Of a stretch of 64,000 nt of DNA, positions 1 through 12,219 are shown one piece after another (the stretch's first letter is position 1; each line of letters opens with the position of its first letter). The stretch lies in assembly GCF_009914755.1 (NCBI RefSeq), contig NC_060940.1; one strand, 5' to 3'. Under the pieces are notes generated by a model, which saw only the letters and a list, made by a program, of their open reading frames with translations, ran no database searches and was not told the DNA's origin. Origin of the DNA: the human T2T-CHM13v2.0 reference genome, Homo sapiens. A program made the translations under genes and the position numbers.

Positions 1-3000
1 GAGTCCATTTAATGAATCCATTGGTTTCAATTCTATGATGATTACATTGGATTCCATTCGTTGATGATTTCATTCAGTTCCATTCAATGATGATTCCATT
101 CAATTCCTTTCAATGTTTCCATTCAATTCCATACGATGATGATTCCATTTGATTTGATTCGACAGTGAGCCATTCGATTCAATTTCATGATGATTCTATT
201 TATTCAATTGGTTGACATTTCCATTCGATTCCATTCGATGATGATTCCCTTTGATTCCATTCAAAGATGATTCCATTCTAGCCCATTCAATCATTCCATT
301 CGATTCTATTCAATGATGATTCCATTCATGTCGATTTGGTGATTCCATTTGACTTCATTTGATGATGATTCCTTTCAAGTTCATTAGATGATTTCATTCG
401 ATTCCATTTGATGATGATCCCATTCGAGTCCATTCAGTGATTCCATTCGTTTCCATTCCATGATGATTCCATTCCTTTCCATTCAATGATTCCATTCGAT
501 TCCGTTTGATGATGATTTCATTCGAGTCCATTTGATGATTCCATTTGATTCCATTCGATGATGATTCCATTCGAGTCCATTCGATGATTCTATTCGAATC
601 CATTTGATGATTTCTTTTGATTATATTTGGTGATGATTCCATTGGAGTCCATTCAATGATTCCATTCGATTCCAATCGATGATGATTCCATTAGAGTCCA
701 TTTAATGATTCCATTTGATTCCAGTCTCTGATGATTACATTCGAGTCCATACGATGATTCCACTCAATTCCATATGATGATGATTCCATTTGATTCCATT
801 CGGTGATTCCATTCTATTCTATTCAATGGTGATTCCAATCGAGTACATTAGATGATTCCATTCGATTCCATTCAATGATGATTCTATTTGTGTCCCTTAG
901 ATGATTCCACATGATTCCATTAGATGATGATACTATTTGAGCCCATCCAATGATTCCCTTCGATTCCATTCGATGAGGATTCCATTCGATTCAATTCATT
1001 GGTGATTCTATTCAATTCAATTCTTTGATTCCATTCCATTCCATTAGACAATGATTCCATTCCATTTCTTTCGATGATTCCACTCGATTCCACTTGACAT
1101 TGATTCCATTCGATTCCATTCAATGATTCCATTTGATTCCAGTGGATGATGATTGCCATCGATTCCATTCGATCACTCCATTCTATTCCATTTGATGATG
1201 ATTACATTCGATTCCATTTGATGATTCCATCTGATTCTATTCGAGGATTCCATTTGATTCCATTCGATGATGATTCCATTCGAGTCCATTCGATGATTTC
1301 ATTCGAGTACATCCAATGATTCCATTCGAGTCCATTTGATGATTCCATTTGATTCCATTTGTTTATGATTCTACTAGAGTCCATTCAATGACTCCATTCG
1401 AATCCATTCAACAATTCCATTCGACTCCATTCGATGATTCCATTCGATTCCATTTGATGGTTCCATTCGAGTCCATTTAATCATTACAGTCGAGTCCATT
1501 TGGTGATTCCACTGGATTTCTTTTGATAATGATACCATTCAATTACATTTGATGATGATCCCATTAAATTTCATTTGATGATGATTCCATTAGAGTCCAT
1601 TCGATGATTTCATTCGAGTCCCTTCATTGATTCCATCCGATTTCATTGGATGATGACTCCATTCGAGTCCATTCGATGATTCCACTCGATTCCATTAGAT
1701 GATTCCATTGGAGTCCATTTGATTGTTCCATTCGATTCCATTCGATTCCTTTCGAAGATTATTCCATTTGAGTCCATTCGATGATGATTCCATTCCATTC
1801 CATTCGATGATTCCGTTTGATTCCATTCGATGATTCCCTTTGATTCCTTTCTGTGATGATTCCATTCCATTCCATTCAATGATTCCATTCGAATCTATTC
1901 CATGATGATTCCTTTCGATTCCATTCGCTGATGTTTCCGTTCAATTCCATTCGATGATGATTCCATTCGATCCCATTCATTGAGGATTCCATTTGATTCC
2001 ATTCAATGATGATTCCATTCTATTCCATTCAATGATTGCATTCAATTCCATTCAATGATTATCCCCTTAGAGTAAACTCAACGATTCCATTCAATACCAT
2101 TCGATGATGATTCCTTTTGAGTCCATTCAATGATTTCATTCAAGTCCATTTGATGATTCCTTTCAATTCCATTCTATGATGATTCCATTCGAGTCCATTC
2201 GATGATTCCATTCGATTGCATTCGATGATTCCATTATATTCCATTCAACGGTGATTCCATTCGAGTCCATTCGATGATTCCATTAGAGTACATTTAATGA
2301 TTGCTTTGTTTTCAATTCGAAGATGATTACATTGGATTCCATTCTATGATACCATTCGATTCCATTCAATGATGATTCCACTCAAATCCATTGGATGATT
2401 CCATTCGTGTCCATTCGGTGATTTCATTAGATTCCATTCGAGGATGATTCCATTCGATTCCATTCGATGATTCCATTCAATTCCATTCGATGATGATTCC
2501 ATTCCAGTCCATATGATCATTCCATTTGATTTCATTCGATGATGATTCCATTCGATTCCTTTCGACGATTCCATTCTATTCCATTCGATGATGATTCCAT
2601 TCGAGTCCATTCGATGATTCCATTCAAGTCCATTTAATGATTCCATTGGGTTCAATTCAATGATGATTACATTGGATTCCGTTCTATGATTCCATTCAAT
2701 TCCGTTCATTGACAATTTGATTCCATTCGATGATGATTCCATTTGAGTTCATTCGATGATTCTATTCGATTCTCTTCGATGGTGATTCAATTCTATTATA
2801 TTGGATGATTCCATTCGATTCCATTTGATGTTGATTCAATTCGATTCTATTCGATGATGATTCCATTGGATTTCACTTGATGATTCTATTCGATTCCATT
2901 CAATGATGATTCACTTCTCGTCCATTGGATGATTCCATTTCATTCCATTCGATGATGATTCCATTCGATTCCATTCGATGATTCCATTTGATTCCATGCG

Positions 3001-6000
3001 ACGGTGAGCAATTCGATTCAATTCCATGATGATTCTATTTGATTCAATTAGATGATGTTTCCATTCGAATCCATTCCATGATTATTCCATTGGAATCCAT
3101 TCGGCGATGATTCCATATGAGTCAATTCAATGATGATTCCATATGGGTCCGTTCGATGATAATTCCATTTGATTTCATTCGATGCTTCTATTCTATTCCA
3201 GTCGATGATGATTCCGTTGGAGTCCATACGATGATTCCATTTGATTTCATTTGATGATGATTCCATTCGATGATGATTACATTGGATTCCATTCTATGAT
3301 TCCATTCAATTCCATTCGTTGATGATTCGATTCCATTCAATGATGATTCCATTTGAGTTCATTCGATGATTCTATTCGATTCCGTTCGATGGTGATTCAA
3401 TTCTATTATATTGGATGATTCCACTCGATTCCATTTGATGATTATTCCATTGGAGTCCACTTAGTGAATCCTTTAGATTCTACTCGACGATGATTCCATT
3501 CGAGTCCATTCGATGATACCATTCAATTCCATTCGTTGATGCTTCCATTCAAGTGCATTCGATGATATCATTCGATTCCATTTGATGATAATTCCATTTG
3601 ATTCCATGCGATGATTCTATTCGATTCCATTCAATGATAATTCCATTCAATTCAGTGATTCCTCTGGACTCCATTTGATGATGATTCCATTCAATGATTC
3701 CATTCGATTCTATTCGAAAATGATTCCATTTGAATCCATTTGATGATGATTCCATTAGATTCCATTAATGATTCCATTCGATTCCATTCGACGATGATTC
3801 CATTCGATTCCGTTTGATGATTCCATTCTATTCTATTCGATGATGATTCCATTCGATTCCATTCGATGATGATTGGATTCGATTCCATTGGATGATTTCA
3901 TTTGATTCCATTCGTTAATGATTTCGATCAATTCCATTCGATGATTCCATTCGATTCCATTCGATAATGATTACATCCGAGTCCATTCTATGATTCCATT
4001 GGAGCCTGTTCGATAATTCCATTTGAGTCCAACCAATGATTCCATTCATTTCCATTCAATGATTCCATTCGAGTCCATTTGATCATTCCGGTAGGGTCCA
4101 TTCGATGTTGATTCCATTGGAGTGCATTCGATGATTCCATTCGAGTCCATTTTAGGATTTGATTCGAGTCCTTTCGATGATTCCATTCGATTCCACTCGA
4201 TGATTTCATTCGAGTCCATTCGACACTTCCAATCGATTCCATTTGATGATTCCATTCGAGTCCAATTGATGATTCCATTCAATTCCATTCGATGATGATT
4301 CCGTACGATTCCATTCTGTGATGATTCCATGTGATTGCATTCAATGATGTTTCCTTTCGATTGCATTCGATTATGATTCATTTCGTGTTCATTCTATGGT
4401 TCTACAGGTTTCCATTCGTGTCCATTCCATTATTCCATTCTATTCCATTTGATGATGATTCCATTCGATTCCATTCATTGGTGATTCCACTCAATTCCAT
4501 TCAATGATTCCATTCCATTTCTTTCAACAATGATTCCATTAGTTTCTAATCGATGATCCACTTGATTCCATTTGACAACGATTCCATTCTTGTCCATTCG
4601 ATGATTCCATTTGATTCCATATGATGATGATTCCATTCGATTCCATACCATGATGATTCCATTCGAGTCCATTCAATGGTGATTCCATTCAATTCCATTC
4701 GATGATTCCTTTTGATTCCATTCGATGATGATGGCATTCGATTCCTTTCAATCATTCCCTTTGATTCCATTCAAAGGTGATTTCATTCAAGTCCATTCGA
4801 TAATTGCATTCGATTCCATTCTATGATGATTCCATTCGAGTCCATTTGATGATTCCATTCAATTCAAGTCAATGATGATTCCATTCGATTCCATTCGATG
4901 ATTCCATGGGATTCCATTCGATGATGATTCCATTCAAATCCATTCGATAATTCAATTCAAGTCCATTCGATGATGATTCCAATCGAATCCATTCAAAGAT
5001 TCCATTCAGTTCCATTCGATGATTCCCTTAGATTCCATTCGATGATTCCACTTGATTGCATTTACGATGATTCCATTCGATTCCATGTGATGATTCCATT
5101 CAATTCTATTCAATGATGTCTCCATTTGATTCCATTCGACCATGATTGCCTTTGATTCCATTCAATGATTCCATTCGGTTCCGTTTGATGATGATTCCGT
5201 TCGATTCCATTTGATGATTCCATTTGATTCCATTGGATGAGTCCATTCGATTACATTCGATGATTATTCCATTCGAGTGCATTAGATGATTCCATTCGAG
5301 TCCATTCGATGATTCCATTCGATTCCATTCGATGTTGATTCTGTTCAAATCCATTCGATGATTCCACTCGATTCCATTCGTTGACTCCATTTGATCCCAT
5401 TCGATGATTTCCTTTGATTCCCTTTGATGATCATTCCATTTGATTCAATTCGGTGATTTCATTTGATTCCATTCAGTGATGTTTCCATTCGACTCCATTC
5501 GATGATGATTCCATTCGACTCCATTCGATTATGATTTCATTCAATTCCATTCGATAATGATTCCCTTCGAGTCCATTCGATGATTCCATTCGATTCCATT
5601 CAACGATGATTTGATTCGTGTCCATTCGATGATTCCATTTGATTCCACTTGATGATGATTCCATTCGAGTCCATTTGATGATTCCATTCAATTCCATACT
5701 CCGATGATTTCTTTTGAGCCCACTCAATGCTTCCACTCGATTCCATATGATGATGACTCCATTCAATGAAATTCGATGATGATTCCATTCGCTTGCTTTC
5801 GATGATGATTCCACTTGAGTCCGTTAGAAGATTCTATTCAATTACATTCCAGGACGATTCCGTTCGAGTCCATTTGATGATTCCATTAGACTCCATTCGA
5901 CGATGATTCCATTCGATGTTATTCCATGATTCCATTCGATCTCATTCGATGATGATTCCATTCAACTCCATTCGATGTTTCCATTCGAGTTCATTCTATT

Positions 6001-6107
6001 ATTCCATTAGATTCCATTCGATGATGATTCCATTCGATTCCATTTGATGATTGCATTCTATTTCATTTGATGATGATTCCATTCGAGTCCACTCGATGAT
6101 TCCATTC
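1..6107 (+). repeat. 6.1-kb HSat2 unit 1 (6107 bp; type A; most divergent copy)
   Basis: Landmark GAGTCCATTTAATGAATCC at 1 and again at 6108. It is 5 bp shorter than the 6112 modal unit because of 1-bp deletions near 200 and 3766 and a 3-bp GAT deletion near 4200. Confidence 0.93.
2661..3440 (+). repeat. Internal ~170-bp direct duplication within the 6.1-kb unit (2661-2830 vs 3271-3440), recurring at the same phase in the other units
   Basis: TGATGATTACATTGGATTCC...TTTGAGTTCATTCGATGATTCTATTCGAT...GGTGATTCAATTCTATTATATTGGATGATTCC occurs twice 610 bp apart; manual count about 10 mismatches in 170 bp with no gaps. Confidence 0.88.
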
Positions 6108-9100
6108 GAGTCCATTTAATGAATCCATTGGTTTCAATTCTATGATGATTACATTGGATTACATTCGTTGATGAATTCATTCGGCTCCATTCAATGATGA
6201 TTCCATTCAATTCCTTTCAATGTTTCCATTCAATTCCATACGATGATGATTCCATTTGATTTGATTCGACAGTGAGCCATTCGATTCAATTCCATGATGA
6301 TTCTATTTGATTCAATTGGTTGACATTTCCATTCGATTCCATTCGATGATGATTCCCTTTGATTCCGTTCAAAGATGATTCCATTCTAGCCCATTCAATC
6401 ATTCCATTCGATTCTATTCAATGATGATTCCATTCATGTCGATTTGGTGATTCCATTTGACTTCATTTGATGATGATTCCTTTCAAGTTCATTAGATGAT
6501 TCCATTCGATTCCATTTGATGATGATCCCATTCGAGTCCATTCAGTGATTCCATTCGTTTCCATTCCATGATGATTCCATTCCTTTCCATTCAATGATTC
6601 CATTCGATTCCGTTTGATGATGATTTCATTCGAGTCCATTTGATGATTCCATTTGATTCCATTCGATGATGATTCCATTCGAGTCCATTCGATGATTCTA
6701 TTCGAATCCATTTGATGATTTCTTTTGATTATATTTGGTGATGATTCCATTGGAGTCCATTCAATGATTCCATTCTATTCCAATCGATGATGATTCCATT
6801 AGAGTCCATTTAATGATTCCATTTGATTCCAGTCTCTGATGATTACATTCGAGTCCATACGATGATTCCACTCAATTCCATATGATGATGATTCCATTTG
6901 ATTCCATTCGGTGATTCCATTCTATTCTATTCAATGGTGATTCCATTCGAGTACATTAGATGATTCCATTCGATTCCATTCAATGATGATTCTATTTGTG
7001 TCCCTTAGATGATTCCACATGATTCCATTAGATGATGATACTATTTGAGCCCATCCAATGATTCCCTTCGATTCCATTCGATGAGGATTCCATTCGATTC
7101 AATTCATTGGTGATTCTATTCAATTCAATTCTTTGATTCCATTCCATTCCATTCGACAATGATTCCATTCGATTTCTTTCGATGATTCCACTCGATTCCA
7201 CTTGACATTGATTCCATTCGATTCCATTCAATGATTCCATTTGATTCCAGTGGATGATGATTGCCATCGATTCCATTCGATCACTCCATTCTATTCCATT
7301 TGATGATGATTACATTCGATTCCATTTGATGATTCCATCTGATTCTATTCGAGGATTCCATTTGATTCCATTCGCTGATGATTCCATTCGAGTCCATTCG
7401 ATGATTTCATTCAAGTACATCCAATGATTCCATTCGAGTCCATTAGATGATTCCATTTGATTCCATTTGAAAATGATTCTACTAGAGTCCATTCAATGAC
7501 TCCATTCGATTCCATTCAACAATTCCATTCGACTCCATTCGATGATTCCATTCGATTCCATTTGATGGTTCCATTCGAGTCCATTTAATCATTACAGTCG
7601 AGTCCATTTGGTGATTCCACTGGATTTCTTTTGATAATGATACCATTCCATTACATTTGATGATGATCCCATTCAATTTCATTTGATGATGATTCCATTA
7701 GAGTCCATTCGATGATTTCATTCGAGTCCCTTCATTGATTCCATCCGATTTCATTGGATGATGACTCCATTCGAGTCCATTCGATGATTCCACTCGATTC
7801 CATTAGATGACTCCATTGGAGTCCATTTGATTGTTCCATTCGATTCCATTCGATTCCTTTCGAAGATTATTCCATTTGAGTCCATTCGATGATGATTCCA
7901 TTCCATTCCATTCGATGATTCCGTTTGATTCCATTCGATGATTCCCTTCGATTCCTTTCTTTGATGATTCCATTCCATTCCATTCAATGATTCCATTCGA
8001 ATCTATTCCATGATGATTCCTTTCGATTCCATTCGCTGATGTTTCCGTTCAATTCCATTCGATGATGATTCCATTCGATTCCATTCATTGAGGATTCCAT
8101 TTGATTCCATTCAATGATGATTCCATTGTATTCCATTCAATGATTGCATTCAATTCCATTCAATGATTATCCCATTAAAGTAAACTCAACGATTCCATTC
8201 AATACCATTCGATGATGATTCCTTTTGAGTCCATTCAATGATTTCATTCAAGTCCATTTGATGATTCCTTTCAATTCCATTCTATGATGATTCCATTCGA
8301 GTCCATTCGATGATTCCATTCGATTGCATTCGATGATTCCATTATATTCAATTCAACGGTGATTCCATTCGAGTCCATTCCATGATTCCATTAGAGTACA
8401 TTTAATGATTGCTTTGTTTTCAATTCGAATATGATTACATTGGATTCCATTCTATGATACCATTCGATTTCATTCAATGATGATTCCACTCAAATCCATT
8501 GGATGATTCCATTCGTGTCCATTCGGTGATTTCATTAGATTCCATTCGAGGATGATTCCATTCGATTCCATTCGATGATTCCATTCAATTCCATTCGATG
8601 ATGATTCCATTCCAGTCCATATGATCATTCCATTTGATTTCATTCGATGATGATTCCATTCGATTCGATTCGACGATTCCATTCTATTCCATTCGATGAT
8701 GATTCCATTCGAGTCCATTCGATCATTCCATTCGAGTCCATTTAATGATTCCATTGGGTTCAATTCAATGATGATTACATTGGATTCCGTTCTATGATTC
8801 CATTCAATTCCGTTCATTGACAATTTGATTCCATTTGATGATGATTCCATTTGAGTTCATTCGATGATTCTATTCGATTCTCTTCGATGGTGATTCAATT
8901 CTATTATATTGGATGATTCCATTCGATTCCATTTGATGTTGATTCAATTCGATTCTATTCGATGATGATTCCATTGGATTTCACTTGATGATTCTATTCG
9001 ATTCCATTCAATGATGATTCACTTCTCGTCCATTGGATGATTCCATTTCATTCCATTCGATGATGATTCCATTCGATTCCATTCGATGATTCCATTTGAT

Positions 9101-12100
9101 TCCATGCGACGGTGAGCAATTCGATTCAATTCCATGATGATTCTATTTGATTCAATTAGATGATGTTTCCATTCGAATCCATTCCATGATTATTCCATTG
9201 GAATCCATTCGGCGATGATTCCATATGAGTCAATTCAATGATGATTCCATATGGGTCCGTTCGATGATAATTCCATTTGATTTCATTCGATGCTTCTATT
9301 CAATTCCAGTCGATGATGATTCCGTTGGAGTCCATACGATGATTCCATTTGATTTCATTTGATGATGATTCCATTCGATGATAATTACCTTGGATTCCAT
9401 TCTATGATTCCATTCAATTCCATTCGTTGATGATTCGATTCCATTCAATGATGATTCCATTTGAGTTCATTCGATGATTCTATTCGATTCCGTTCGATGG
9501 TGATTCAATTCTATTATATTGGATGATTCCACTCGATTCCATTTGATGATTATTCCATTGGAGTCCACTTAGTGAATCCTTTAGATTCTACTCGACGATG
9601 ATTCCATTCGAGTCCATTCGATGATACCATTCAATTCCATTCGTTGATGCTTCCATTCAAGTGCATTCGATGATATCATTCGATTCCATTTGATGATAAT
9701 TCCATTTGATTCCATGCGATGATTCTATTCGATTCCATTCAATGATAATTCCATTCAATTCAGTGATTCCTCTGGACTCCATTTGATGATGATTCCATTC
9801 AATGATTCCATTCGATTCTATTCGAAAATGATTCCATTTGAATCCATTTGATGATGATTCCATTAGATTCCATTTGATGATTCCATTCGATTCCATTCGA
9901 CGATGATTCCATTCGATTCCGTTTGATGATTCCATTCTATTCTATTCGATGATGATTCCATTCGATTCCATTCGATGATGATTGGATTCGATTCCATTGG
10001 ATGATTTCATTTGATTCCATTCGTTAATGATTTCGATCAATTCCATTCGATGATTCCATTCGATTCCATTCGATAATGATTACATCCGAGTCCATTCGAT
10101 GATTCCCTTTGAGCCTGTTCGATAATTCCATTTGAGTCCAACCAATGATTCCATTCATTTCCATTCAATGATTCCATTCGAGTCCATTTGATCATTCCGG
10201 TAGGGTCCATTCGATGTTGATTCCATTGGAGTGCATTCGATGATTCCATTCGAGTCCATTTTAGGATTTGATTCGAGTCCTTTCGATGATTCCATTCGAT
10301 TCCACTCGATGATGATTTCATTCGAGTCCATTCGACACTTCCAATCGATTCCATTTGATGATTCCATTCGAGTCCAATTGATGATTCCATTCAATTCCAT
10401 TCGATGATGATTCCGTACGATTCCATTCTGTGATGATTCCATGTGATTGCATTCAATGATGATTCCTTTCGATTGCATTCGATTATGATTCATTTCGTGT
10501 TCATTCTATGGTTCCACAGGTTTCCATTCGTGTCCATTCCATTATTCCATTCTATTCCATTTGATGATGATTCCATTCGATTCCATTCATTGGTGATTCC
10601 ACTCAATTCCATTCAATGATTCCATTCCATTTCTTTCAACAATGATTCCATTAGTTTCTAATCGATGATCCACTTGATTCCATTTGACGACGATTCCATT
10701 CTTGTCCATTCGATGATTCCATTTGATTCCATATGATGATGATTCCATTCGATTCCATACCATGATGATTCCATTCGAGTCCATTCAATGGTGATTCCAT
10801 TCAATTCCATTCGATGATTCCTTTCGATTCCATTCGATGATGATGGCATTCGATTCCTTTCAATCATTCCCTTTGATTCCATTCAAAGGTGATTTCATTC
10901 AAGTCCATTCGATAATTGCATTCGATTCCATTCTATGATGATTCCATTCGAGTCCATTTGATGATTCCATTCAATTCAAGTCAATGATGATTCCATTCGA
11001 TTCCATTCGATGATTCCATTGGATTCCATTCGATGATGATTCCATTCAAATCCTTTCGATAATTCAATTCAACTCCATTCGATGATGATTCCAATCGAAT
11101 CCATTCAAAGATTCCATTCAGTTCCATTCGATGATTCCCTTAGATTCCATTCGATGATTCCACTTGATTGCATTTACGATGATTCCATTCGATTCCATGT
11201 GATGATTCCATTCAATTCTATTCAATGATGTCTCCATTTGATTCCATTCGACCATGATTGCCTTTGATTCCATTCAATGATTCCATTCGGTTCCGTTTGA
11301 TGATGATTCCGTTCGATTCCATTTGATGATTCCATTTGATTCCATTGGATGGGTCCATTCGATTACATTCGATGATTATTCCATTCGAGTGCATTAGATG
11401 ATTCCATTCGAGTCCATTCGATGATTCCATTCGATTCCATTCGATGTTGATTCTGTTCAAATCCATTCGATGATTCCACTCGATTCCATTCGTTGACTCC
11501 ATTTGATCCCATTCGATGATTTCCTTTGATTCCCTTTGATGATCATTCCATTTGATTCAATTCGGTGATTTCATTTGATTCCATTCAGTGATGTTTCCAT
11601 TCGAATCCATTCGATGATGATTCCATTCGACTCCATTCGATTATGATTTCATTCAATTCCATTCGATAATGATTCCCTTCGAGTCCATTCGATGATTCCA
11701 TTCGATTCCATTCAACGATGTTTTGATTCGTGTCCATTCGATGATTCCATTTGATTCCACTTGATGATGATTCCATTCGAGTCCATTTGATGATTCCATT
11801 CAATTCCATACTCCGATGATTTCTTTTGAGCCCACTCAATGCTTCCACTCGATTCCATATGATGATGACTCCATTCGATGAAATTCGATGATGATTCCAT
11901 TCGCTTGCTTTCGATGATGATTCCACTTGAGTCCGTTAGAAGATTCTATTCAATTACATTCCATGACGATTCCGTTCGAGTCCATTTGATGATTCCATTA
12001 GACTCCATTCGACGATGATTCCATTCGATGTTATTCGATGATTCCATTCGATCTCATTCGATGATGATTCCATTCAACTCCATTCGATGTTTCCATTCGA

Positions 12101-12219
12101 GTTCATTCTATTATTCCATTAGATTCCATTCGATGATGATTCCATTCGATTCCATTTGATGATTGCATTCTATTTCATTTGATGATGATTCCATTCGAGT
12201 CCACTCGATGATTCCATTC
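6108..12219 (+). repeat. 6.1-kb HSat2 unit 2 (6112 bp; type A)
   Basis: Landmark at 6108 and 12220; homologous ORF ends at 7276 and 13388 differ by 6112. Confidence 0.93.

Noticed and set aside
3870-3880. TGATTGGATTC as a DUX4-like site (reverse complement GAATCCAATCA vs TAAYYYAATCA)
   Set aside because: Mismatch falls in the conserved TAA half-site. DUX4 activation of HSATII is known, but this particular site cannot be supported without ChIP or PWM data.
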